From the NCBI GenBank assembly GCA_964486045.1, contig CAZALK010000012.1:1-64000 (forward strand): a stretch of 64,000 nt of DNA, read 5' to 3'. The position numbers and the translations under genes are program-made. Of this stretch, positions 1-9,334 are shown in pieces (the first letter of the stretch is position 1; the number at the start of each line of letters is the position of its first letter). The notes below the pieces were generated by a model. That model was not told the origin of the DNA. It ran no database searches and saw only the letters and a program-made list of their open reading frames with translations. This DNA comes from an uncultured archaeon. Lineage in GTDB: Archaea; Asgardarchaeota; Lokiarchaeia; Sigyniarchaeales; SOKP01.

Positions 1-246
1 GTATAGATAAAAAGAACAATTTTGTCGGGGGTGAAGATTAGTTTAAAAATATATGAAAAAAAACAATTTTGTCTTATGTAATAATGGAAAATACTTAATA
101 TCAAGCAAATTTAAATTAATACTTAGTAGATATGGATGTGATTTAAGGTAGGATATCCAAATAAAGTAATAAAAATAATTAAACAACTCCCAGAGGGGTA
201 TAAAGGGTTAGAAAAGTTAATAAAAAAAAATTATCAAAGAATTAAT

Positions 247-2004
247 TTGGATAAATTAATAGTTTTTAATCTCAAAAGTGATTTAACGCAGGTACAAAAT
301 TTTTATAAGCAAATTATTGAAGAGATTCTCTTATCGAATCGAGAAGCATTAGAATTGCTTAAGATATTGTCTGTACTAAATACAAATATAGATACTAATA
401 TTAATAGAAAATTTATTGAAACCTGTTGTAAATTCTCAAATGTAGAGAAATCTCTCAAAGAATTATTTGATACTGGTATAATAAAGATGAAAAATGGTAA
501 AGGAGAGACATTTGAGTTCTCAGTTCAAGAGATTAAAGATGTTTTAAATTCACTAGCTGATAAAAAGTCTCATAAAAAAGCATTACAATATTATGAAAAA
601 AAGGATGAGAAATTTAGAGGTGAACTTCTTGATGAAATTGAAGTTCTTTTTCATAAGGCAAAATTAAATCCATCTGAGGAATTAGTTAACGAATTTTTAG
701 CTGTGGCCAACAGTGTAGAACAGTTTGACTATGAACACAAAAGATTAATTGATGTTGCGGGAGAGTTACTGATACTTGAAGATAAATATAAAGCACCGAT
801 TTTAATCGTGCTTGGAAATATTTTCTCTGTTATAGGAAATTCTGAGGAAGCAGAGAGAATCTACCTTAAATGTTTGGATCTATACAAAAATTTGGCTAAA
901 AAATATTACAGAATCTATTTACCCTATATCGCTGCGACTCAAAAAAACCTCGGAACATTATATATAGATTTAAAAAGATTCGAAGAGGCAGAAAAGATAT
1001 ATAGCGATGCATTAAGTTCATATAAAATGTTAAAAAGAAAGTATGATAATGTTCATTCACCTGATTTTCATTTAAGAGAGTATAATGGTCTAGAAAAGTC
1101 ATATGTTGATGATTTAAAAGCATATAATGAGATGTTAAAAAGATCTTTTGATATATATCTACCTGAGGAGCCCTCGATTACAAGTGAATTTGGAAATTTA
1201 GGTGTTGATTTAGACTTATTAGAGGACATTCAAGATGGTTCTATTGATTCTATTGATAATTACAAAAAATTAGCAAAAATAAGTTATGATATGTATTTAA
1301 TTGAGATTGCTAAGGCTCAGAGTAAACTTGGAATTGTCTACAGTGAATTATTGAAATTTGAAGATGCGGAACGGATGCACCTTAAAGCATTAAAAATTCA
1401 CAGAAAAATAGTGGAACATTACCCTGATCAAGTTTTACCCGAATTGGTCCTTACACTCTTAGATCTCGGAGATTTGTATGCTAGTATGGATAAATTTGAA
1501 GACGCAAAACCGATGTTCAATGAAGCATTAAAGATTTCTAAACGATTAGCAGAAGAAAATCCAGATATTTACCTCTATAATGTTGCTCTTATTCAGAGTT
1601 CTCTTGGAACTGTATACACTAGATTACAGAAGTTTGAAAAGGCTGAAGAAATCTTCCTTGATTCTTTAAAAATCTTTAAACGATTTGCAAAAAAGGATCC
1701 TAAAACCTATTCATACAACGTTAGTGGTGTTCAAAACAACCTTGGGAACTTATTTTTGATTTTAAGAAATCTTGATAAAGCTGAGTTATTTCTTAATAAA
1801 GCGATTAAGAAAGATTTTTCAAACATTGAGATATTATACAATCTCGCCTGTCTTGAATCACTTAGAAATAACCAACCAAAAGCCCTGGAATTATTGACAA
1901 TAGTAATTAAGTTTGATAGCAATTATATTGAAAGAGTATTATCAGATGACAGATTTGATAATATTAGAGAGTTAAGGGAATTTAAAGGGTTAACTAGGAA
2001 ATAA
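247..2004 (+). CDS. Tetratricopeptide-repeat protein (TPR_12-like repeats, C-terminal YNLAC-type TPR)
   Basis: 585-aa ORF, TTG start; repeated LG.LY..L..FEEAE..Y..AL motifs; C-terminal YNLACLES...ALELL...D..FDNIR. Confidence 0.85.
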   Translation: MDKLIVFNLKSDLTQVQNFYKQIIEEILLSNREALELLKILSVLNTNIDTNINRKFIETCCKFSNVEKSLKELFDTGIIKMKNGKGETFEFSVQEIKDVLNSLADKKSHKKALQYYEKKDEKFRGELLDEIEVLFHKAKLNPSEELVNEFLAVANSVEQFDYEHKRLIDVAGELLILEDKYKAPILIVLGNIFSVIGNSEEAERIYLKCLDLYKNLAKKYYRIYLPYIAATQKNLGTLYIDLKRFEEAEKIYSDALSSYKMLKRKYDNVHSPDFHLREYNGLEKSYVDDLKAYNEMLKRSFDIYLPEEPSITSEFGNLGVDLDLLEDIQDGSIDSIDNYKKLAKISYDMYLIEIAKAQSKLGIVYSELLKFEDAERMHLKALKIHRKIVEHYPDQVLPELVLTLLDLGDLYASMDKFEDAKPMFNEALKISKRLAEENPDIYLYNVALIQSSLGTVYTRLQKFEKAEEIFLDSLKIFKRFAKKDPKTYSYNVSGVQNNLGNLFLILRNLDKAELFLNKAIKKDFSNIEILYNLACLESLRNNQPKALELLTIVIKFDSNYIERVLSDDRFDNIRELREFKGLTRK

Positions 2005-2009
2005 AACTG

Positions 2010-2146
2010 ATATTAATAATCCATCCATGGTTCTTTAATATGAACTAATATTAAATCCAATAACAACATGGCTCTTGGAGCAATTTTTGAATGGTCTTAG
2101 GGTTGGAATCTAAATATAGTCTAAGAGTTCATTAAGAGTTGCTATT
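2010..2146. repeat. 137-bp diverged direct repeat, copy 1 (copy 2 at 3838-3974)
   Basis: Ungapped manual alignment, about 107/137 identical; shared blocks atgaactaatattaaatccaataa, gttggaatctaaa, atagtctaagagt. Confidence 0.85.
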
Positions 2147-2246
2147 AATAGTTATTTTTTTTTAAAACTTATACTTTTATTAGAAACATTTTTATAAATC
2201 TTAGATTAATTAATATTACTCCCGAATTAGTTTGAGATGAAAATAG

Positions 2247-3641
2247 ATGAATGATGAAGTTAAATTAAAAGAGAAAAAACCAGCTACAAGTAAGAAAATG
2301 CTCTCATTTGCTTTAGGGGCAATTATTTTTCAAACTATAGCAATTAGTCTCACCCAGTTAGTTTTTTATTATTATGAAGTCGAGGTTGGCTTGCCAGTCG
2401 TCTTTGTCATGGTTGCACTCATTTCTTTTGCTATTTGGAACATGATAAATGATCCATATTTAGGGTACTTGACAGATAGACCTATGAAATGGACAAAAAA
2501 ATGGGGTTGGAGGTTTCCCTGGATCATTATAAGTGTATTCCCATTATTATTGTTTTATGTTCTTTTATTTGCTATTCCTAATGATCTAGTTATTAATGGT
2601 AATACAGGGATTATTTTTTTCTACTTCATTGTTATAATGTTTTTATTAGACACTTTCAGCTCTCTGTTTAGTGTTCATTACGACGGAGGCATAGCAAAGC
2701 ATTTTCCGACTGAGAAAGAACGTCGAAAATACAGCGCAATTAGAGCTCTCGCTGTTGGCATCATACTTATTCCTCTTGGTCTGATTGGACCTTCTATCAT
2801 AAAAACTGGAGATAGAAGCACCTATCTAACTGCATCAATTGTATTAGTCATCTTTTTAATTGTTTTGGCAATTGCACTTATTCCAGGTATTCGAGAGAGC
2901 AAGGAGTTAACAGATCTTTATATTCGAGGATATGAGGCTGGAGAAAAAAAGAACTTTTTTCAGATAATGAAAGTTGCTCTCAAACATAAAAATTTCCTCA
3001 TAATTATACTAGCAAACCTCCTAGCTACAACAGGTGCGGCTTTATACTTAGCTTCGCAGATATACTTTTTGGTAGATGTTTTAGGTGTACCTTTTGAAAA
3101 TGCACGACAACTTAATTTACTAGCTTTCCTCGGAATGTTAATAGGTGTCCCTATATGGACGTTTCTTTCAAAGAAGTATGGATTTAAGAAAACGTATATG
3201 ATTGGTTTACTGTTGCTATCAATTGTGTTTTTACCAATTTTAATGATTACAAACTTGGAGCAAATGTATTTTATCTCGTTGATAAGCGGGATTATTATTT
3301 CCTGTACTTCTATCATGTTCTATTCAATAATACAAGATACCTATGATGAAGTAGCAATAACTATGAAAAAACGACAAGACTCAACTCTTACTGGTATCGA
3401 AAACTTTTTTGAAAGATCTTCAATTATTTTACAAGCGCTTATCATAGGAATTGTGCATATTATTACTGCATATACACCTAGTACTATAACACCGATAGCA
3501 ATATTGGGTATACGGCTACATATGGGATTAATACCTACAATTTTGGCAGTAATTGGTTTTCTTATCGTATTCAAATGGTATGATATAGAAGGAAAGAAGA
3601 AGGAAGAGCTCATTTCTAAACTGAATGAAATGAAGCTCTAA
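2247..3641 (+). CDS. MFS transporter, GPH (MelB-like sugar/cation symporter) family
   Basis: About 12 hydrophobic segments; N-terminal WNMINDPYLGYLTDR...KWGWRFPWI signature typical of the GPH/MFS_2 family. Confidence 0.9.
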   Translation: MNDEVKLKEKKPATSKKMLSFALGAIIFQTIAISLTQLVFYYYEVEVGLPVVFVMVALISFAIWNMINDPYLGYLTDRPMKWTKKWGWRFPWIIISVFPLLLFYVLLFAIPNDLVINGNTGIIFFYFIVIMFLLDTFSSLFSVHYDGGIAKHFPTEKERRKYSAIRALAVGIILIPLGLIGPSIIKTGDRSTYLTASIVLVIFLIVLAIALIPGIRESKELTDLYIRGYEAGEKKNFFQIMKVALKHKNFLIIILANLLATTGAALYLASQIYFLVDVLGVPFENARQLNLLAFLGMLIGVPIWTFLSKKYGFKKTYMIGLLLLSIVFLPILMITNLEQMYFISLISGIIISCTSIMFYSIIQDTYDEVAITMKKRQDSTLTGIENFFERSSIILQALIIGIVHIITAYTPSTITPIAILGIRLHMGLIPTILAVIGFLIVFKWYDIEGKKKEELISKLNEMKL

Positions 3642-3837
3642 TAATATTTATTTTTGCTTTTTTATCTTTAACGATAATTATATTGAAAGAATATTATCAG
3701 ATGACAGACTCGATTATATTAGAGTATTTAGAGAATTTAAAGAGATAATTACTAAATAAAGTATCTTATTATTATGATATTAGTTTAGTATATGCATAAT
3801 TCTTGGATTTGCGGAATAGTTCTACTAATATAAGTTA

Positions 3838-3974
3838 ATATCAAAAATCCAATCATAGTTTTTCTTAATGAACTAATATTAAATCCAATAATAGTGTGGT
3901 TCTCGAAGCTATTTTAAAATGACATTAAAGTTGGAATCTAAACATAGTCTAAGAGTCCACTAAGAGTTTCCATT
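3838..3974. repeat. 137-bp diverged direct repeat, copy 2
   Basis: Aligns without gaps to 2010-2146. Confidence 0.85.
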
Positions 3975-4448
3975 GCTAAACTATATATTAAATCCTATCA
4001 ATATTATAATTATAAAAAATCAAAAAAAGTGAAAAAAAAAAATGATCAAAGCTTATGAAGAAGGAATGGAAATGGATGAAGTGAAAGAAAAAATTCGAGC
4101 ATCTACAAGTTATTCTAATTTTAGCTTCAATACTTATGGATTTTAATTATTTTTTTTCTAATATCTATTATTTTTTAATAAAAAAACGTGAGGAAAATTA
4201 AAAATGTCAAAAAAGAATGGAAAAGAGTTGGAAGCAACTTTCGAGGATTATCTTTTACATCCAAAAAAGTACAGTTTTGGATGGAAAGACCTAAAATAAA
4301 ATCTTTTTATTTTTTATTATTTTCTTTTATTTTCAATATATTTAAAATTCCAGTTAGATTTTTGTTAATCTATTAATTTTTTTAACCTACTTAGAATATT
4401 TACAAGAAATAATTAGCTTTTTCTAAAATATGATTTAATCTACAATTG

Positions 4449-4820
4449 TTAGGTGATATTTAATTTTTTTCTGTTCTCATCTATATCCTTATAAAGCCGT
4501 CAATTAACAAGAAGATCATTTTCAATTGTCGCTGTCCAGATATAATGATCTTCTTCTTTAGAATCCTTCGACCATAAGCAATAACCAATCATAATTACCA
4601 AATTCTCTCGAGATTCAACTCTGGTAAAAATATTTTTATAAGTAGGGTTATCATTGAAAAATCTTTTCCAACCATTAATCATGTCACTACTCCAAACTGG
4701 TTCTTTCGTAACTTTTACCCAAAAACCTTCTGTCATTAGACTTGAAAGCCCTTTGATATCTTGATTGTTGATATATTCATTAAATTGAAGAGCTGTTAAT
4801 TTCGGATCTCTTTTATTCAT
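4449..4820 (-). pseudogene. SnoaL/NTF2-like protein interrupted near its C-terminus by an in-frame TGA (4500-4502)
   Basis: N-terminus FNEYINNQDIKGLSSLM is SnoaL-like. Reading through the TGA gives ...ENDLLVN*RLYKDIDENRKKLNIT, where a Trp (TGG) fits the usual W-R-x-Y end of this family. Confidence 0.6.
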
Positions 4821-5037
4821 AAAAACACCTCCAAAAAATACTGCAAAGCAATTATTATTAGATGATATTTATTTTTTGTCTTATCTTATTTTTAACAAGT
4901 TTTAGATACCATGAAAAGGCAATAATGAGTTACTAAAACCCTTTCAATATAAATATCTCTTTTTAAACATTCCAGCGTTCTGTGGAATAATTTTTGAACT
5001 ATAAATTTATAATACTACACTTATTCAATTCGCATCT

Positions 5038-5104
5038 ATACTCATAACTTGAGAGTAAATAAATTCCACGTAAATTTAGCTGTCTACTCTCAACTCACGA
5101 GCAT
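5038..5104 (-). other. Long stem-loop downstream of the 5135-6535 gene (terminator or other structured element)
   Basis: ttgagagta (5049-5057) / tactctcaa (5085-5093) is a perfect 9-bp inverted repeat, plus a 10-bp outer arm whose 3 mismatches are all G.U pairs on the minus strand. Confidence 0.6.
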
Positions 5105-5134
5105 GTGGTCATCGTAAACTTTTGAAGATTTTTT

Positions 5135-6535
5135 TTATTTTATTGTTTTTCTTTTTAAAAAAATAATTGACACTAACGAAATAATTAACACAAGGCTTGT
5201 TACGATTCCAATATTGTATGATGAGATAGAAGAAATTACAGGAGGACCTTTTCTTACAATTACTTCCTTGAAGTCTTCATTTTCTGGAAGATCAATCCCA
5301 AAAAACCTTATTTTGACATTTCCATCAGGTAAAGCATCCCATATAGCTTCATCAATCGAACCATTCTCTGTAAAGTAATGTTTCGTAGTACCCTCATTGA
5401 GTGTATACCACATTTCGTCTAAATATCTATCTGTGATCATTACATTAAAACTAGGAATTATCTCTTCCAAAATTTCATTTGATAGTGGTGAATTTATAGT
5501 AATGTTAGGTGCATCATTATCTACGATCGGTAGCCAATCATAAACTCCATTATCTACAACATACTCCGAATCACCTATTCCGTCATTATCAATGTCTTCA
5601 CCTGTATATTGATCATAATAGTTACCTATCCTAGAATTATTCCACGTATTATTTGCAGCAGCAAAACCCCCACTATAAACAGAATAAGTCCCTTCTCTTA
5701 CGATAAAATTCTCATAAACAGTATTGTTTTCACAAAAACTAATACCAATCCCATACCATGAGTTATTAGAAATCTTATTCAACGTAAATGTGTTAAAATC
5801 ACTGTATGAAAGCACTTCTATACCGTTATAATTATCTCTAACTCTATTCTCTTTAATGATATTGTAGTTAGAAAATTCAAGAATTTCAATCCCCCTCCAA
5901 GAGTTTTGTTCTATTATATTGTTAGAAATTGTGTTGTTATCACTGTGGTCGCGTACATATATACCAAATCTAGTATTTCCTTTTATCATGTTTCCAGATA
6001 TTGTGTGATTATAACTATTGGGTTGTAAAGTTATTCCGCTTCCATAATTGTTTGAAAGGTTATTGTTAATTATTCTTCCATTATCTGTTTCATGTAATTT
6101 AATAGCTGCATTATTATGGTAAGGTGATGATCCAATATCACTGTGATAAATAGTACTGTTTCTTATGATAAAGAAAACACTAGAATATTCAATTAACACA
6201 CCGTTACTCGAATTTTGAGCATCTATAATAACATTTTCAATAACATAAGGATCAGACCATGTTCCTGAACCAGAACACCAATCATTATTAGATGCCGTAT
6301 ATGCCCAATTTTTAGTTGGGTTAAGCTCATTAATCAATATCGGATTTCCTGTAAGATTCCAATATCCTGAATTTTTGAGAGAGAATTGTTTTTCACTTTC
6401 TAAATTATTTTCGTTGCCATTCTGTTTAGATTTATTTGTCACTTCAGATTTTAATGGGTTCAAAGAACCAAAATTAATGCAAAATGATATAAAAATCAAA
6501 AAGGCAACTAATTGAATCTTATATTCTTTTTTCAC
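5135..6535 (-). CDS. Surface protein: NosD-like right-handed beta-helix + Ig-like domain + C-terminal TM anchor (Loki-CTERM-like)
   Basis: Signal/TM N-terminus; WCSGSGTWSDPYVIEN motif; Asn-ladder repeats (N.I.NN...GI); GNYYD...D.D.DGIGD..Y; C-terminal ISSYN + hydrophobic helix + basic tail. Confidence 0.85.
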   Translation of the reverse strand: MKKEYKIQLVAFLIFISFCINFGSLNPLKSEVTNKSKQNGNENNLESEKQFSLKNSGYWNLTGNPILINELNPTKNWAYTASNNDWCSGSGTWSDPYVIENVIIDAQNSSNGVLIEYSSVFFIIRNSTIYHSDIGSSPYHNNAAIKLHETDNGRIINNNLSNNYGSGITLQPNSYNHTISGNMIKGNTRFGIYVRDHSDNNTISNNIIEQNSWRGIEILEFSNYNIIKENRVRDNYNGIEVLSYSDFNTFTLNKISNNSWYGIGISFCENNTVYENFIVREGTYSVYSGGFAAANNTWNNSRIGNYYDQYTGEDIDNDGIGDSEYVVDNGVYDWLPIVDNDAPNITINSPLSNEILEEIIPSFNVMITDRYLDEMWYTLNEGTTKHYFTENGSIDEAIWDALPDGNVKIRFFGIDLPENEDFKEVIVRKGPPVISSISSYNIGIVTSLVLIISLVSIIFLKRKTIK

Positions 6536-6632
6536 CAGGAATCATCGTTCTTTCTGTTTTTTTATCTCATTAATTAATTTAGTTCCAAAGCATTTAAAAG
6601 TTGTTAGTAGAGACAAAAGATCAATAAAAATG

Positions 6633-6650
6633 TAAGACAATTAAGTCTTA
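6633..6650. promoter_or_regulatory. Palindromic site TAAGAC-N6-GTCTTA between divergent genes
   Basis: Perfect 6+6 inverted repeat; extra AGACAA half-sites at about 6611 and 6674. Confidence 0.4.
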
Positions 6651-6798
6651 ATTTTCAAATTAATAGGAAATCAAGACAAAGAGGCAGATCTCTTTTAACT
6701 ATAAATTTTAACCATAAAACACTCTGAATTTAAATAGCTCTTCTTCAACATTTGAATGATATCTTCAAAAATTTTTGAATTCTTAATGTAAAATAATT

Positions 6799-7383
6799 AT
6801 GTTAGATTCTTCTTCAATTCCAGATTTAAGCAACATATTCGATCCATTTATGGAATTTTTTAACGGATTTAATTACATCTTTTACGTGCTCTTAAAAAAT
6901 GGGAATATCTTGTTCTTTTTCCTCTTTTTCCTAATGGGAGTAATTTTATTCCTTAATGCTAGAGAAATTGAATATAACGAAAAAATTCATGGAAAAGTTG
7001 AATTAGTAAAAAGAAGAGGTAGAATTGGGGCTATTCTTCTGTTCTTATTTGCTTTTAGCTTTCTATCAAAAGATCTTTTTGGTTTCCTATTCGGTATTTT
7101 CAATCTTTTACCAGAACCAAAATTTTTATTTAAATTTCTGGATGAAATAGATCAATATTCATTGATAAATATTCACACCTTAGATCTAGGGCAGAGAACC
7201 TTTTTCTTTTTTATGAGTTCAATTTCATTAATTTCCCTCTTACTAATGATTATAGGGATTTATCTAATGTTATTCAATAAGTTCATACTGCGATCTAAGC
7301 TGAAAACTTTTGCATTTCTCGGAGTAGGATTTTTTTTTTGGCTCTTAGTTGGATTTAATTTGTCACTAAAGCTAATGATATAA
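6799..7383 (+). CDS. Hypothetical integral membrane protein (about 4 TM)
   Basis: 194-aa Phe/Leu-rich ORF convergent with the membrane ATPase gene. Confidence 0.75.
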   Translation: MLDSSSIPDLSNIFDPFMEFFNGFNYIFYVLLKNGNILFFFLFFLMGVILFLNAREIEYNEKIHGKVELVKRRGRIGAILLFLFAFSFLSKDLFGFLFGIFNLLPEPKFLFKFLDEIDQYSLINIHTLDLGQRTFFFFMSSISLISLLLMIIGIYLMLFNKFILRSKLKTFAFLGVGFFFWLLVGFNLSLKLMI

Positions 7384-7409
7384 TTAAATAAATTTAGGAA
7401 TTTGGTTGG

Positions 7410-9206
7410 CTATTTAAGGTTTTCCTCTTTTGTGGCTAATTCATCAATAAATTTATGTAATCTCTTAAAATTGTTACTTTCCTTTTCGTCGATATCATCG
7501 TCTTCATCAGACATTAGTAGATCATTGTCAAAACTAGAGTCTGGCACAAATATGGAATAATTATCTGGTTGATTCTTCTTTTTTTTCTTGAATTTAGTTA
7601 TAATTTCTTTAGTTTTGTCCTTAATTTTTCTTAAAATTTTTAAACACCTCTGGGTTAAATTTGTAACCTTTCTTAAAAATCTTGAGTTAGGTGGTTCTAT
7701 ATTCTCACTTTCTAATTGTTTATAACTTTCTAATATTTTTTTATTATTTCTCTTGATTTCTGAATTTTCTAACCATGATCTTCTTATGAATGGTACTTTA
7801 AGTAGGAAGGGTCTTTTAATTGAGTTTACTCGAATAATACATTGCCCCTCTTCTAAAATTGATAAATAATCTTCATGTTCTACATTTAGATTTAACAGTT
7901 TACACAAAAACTCCTTTTCCATATGAGATTTAAAACAAATTAAAACTCCACAATTCGCCAAAATCTCTTGACTAATATCAGGATGAGTCGCTAATGAAAT
8001 TAAACACTCACCTGTACCTCTTTGAAGTAGAGCGATATCCTCTAAATAAGTTGTAAGTTTATTTTGACGGCTAAGATCTTTTGGAGCAAAGTATTGAGTA
8101 TCCTCAACAATCGTTAAGTGTTTTATACCCTTAAAATTGAAAGCTCCACGGGTGAGATTTTTATCCCATAAATATTTTAGAAGCATATTCAAAAAGAAAA
8201 GTGCATCCTCTTTTTCTCCCCCTAAACGGATTATAGAACTTAAGTCGATTAATATGTTTCTTTCAAATATGTTTTCTAACTTAATTTCGTGGTCTGTATC
8301 AAATAATGCCTTTAATGAGCCCAAAGAAAACCGTCTTATTCTGTTCTTAATACTTATAAGAGTTTGACTTAACATTGGAATTTCTCTCTTCTTATCCTTG
8401 GCATATCCTTTACAGTATTCATAAAACCCTTTCCAGCTCTGAAGATTTTTGTTCTCACAGACCTTTGTTAATATTTCAACCAGCACCTTTTCCATTTGCG
8501 GAGAAAACTCAGCATTCTCATCCAAGAATTTTCCACTCTTTAGTATATCAAAAATTCGTTCAGCATGAACTTCTGGAGGGGTATCTCCTGGATTAAAGAT
8601 ATTTATTGAAAAATTCTCTCCAGGTCTTATTATTAATAAATTCTCTATTTTTTTCTGCAAAAAATGATATTCACCTTTAAACTCCACCAGCATAAAAGGA
8701 ATTTTAAAGCGCTTTTTAAAATTTATTAGAAAATTCTGAAGAAAAGTAGTTTTTCCCGTACCGGTGGCACCGCAGATAAACATGTGCTTTTCTAGATCCT
8801 TAAGGGAAATAAGAAACTTATGTTTCTTGTTTTTTCCTTTTACTACTTTACCGATTTTTATCGTTCCTTTCCTTGATTTGAGAAATGAAGGTTCTTCCAA
8901 GTCTACAATATCATCATCAGCATTGTGTATCGAATAAATAAATAGCGCTGTTGAAAAACAGAGTAAAAAGAAAGGAATATTACTAATTATTATATTTTCA
9001 GAAAAAATTAATGATTCTGCTGTAGTTGTTAGAGTTAACAAAGACTTTAATATGAAAATAATTAGGCAGATTCCTAAGAGCAGGATGATAAGAATTTTTA
9101 ACTTAATGGGTGAGTTCTCTCGTTTCCGGGCTAGGAAAAATATGATGCAGAAACCTGTTAAACTAAGGGTTAAAACCAGATATAGTAATTCCATAATATT
9201 AGACAT
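7410..9206 (-). CDS. Membrane-anchored HerA/VirB4/TraG-like (DUF87) P-loop ATPase
   Basis: 3 N-terminal TM helices; HMFICGATGTGKTT Walker A; EFKGEY; degenerate Walker B IVEDTQ. Confidence 0.85.
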   Translation of the reverse strand: MSNIMELLYLVLTLSLTGFCIIFFLARKRENSPIKLKILIILLLGICLIIFILKSLLTLTTTAESLIFSENIIISNIPFFLLCFSTALFIYSIHNADDDIVDLEEPSFLKSRKGTIKIGKVVKGKNKKHKFLISLKDLEKHMFICGATGTGKTTFLQNFLINFKKRFKIPFMLVEFKGEYHFLQKKIENLLIIRPGENFSINIFNPGDTPPEVHAERIFDILKSGKFLDENAEFSPQMEKVLVEILTKVCENKNLQSWKGFYEYCKGYAKDKKREIPMLSQTLISIKNRIRRFSLGSLKALFDTDHEIKLENIFERNILIDLSSIIRLGGEKEDALFFLNMLLKYLWDKNLTRGAFNFKGIKHLTIVEDTQYFAPKDLSRQNKLTTYLEDIALLQRGTGECLISLATHPDISQEILANCGVLICFKSHMEKEFLCKLLNLNVEHEDYLSILEEGQCIIRVNSIKRPFLLKVPFIRRSWLENSEIKRNNKKILESYKQLESENIEPPNSRFLRKVTNLTQRCLKILRKIKDKTKEIITKFKKKKKNQPDNYSIFVPDSSFDNDLLMSDEDDDIDEKESNNFKRLHKFIDELATKEENLK

Positions 9207-9334
9207 TGATTCTTATTTTGGTAAGAATCTTAAAAACCACACCTAATTCGATTATATTTATATTATAAAAAATATTTAGTTAGATTTAAAGAATAAATAA
9301 TCAGGAATTTCAATCAAAAATTTGATGAGAAATT

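Noticed and set aside
4040-4376. Short plus-strand ORFs (including 4188-4376)
   Set aside because: Low-complexity AT-rich sequence with no recognisable motif; at most gene debris
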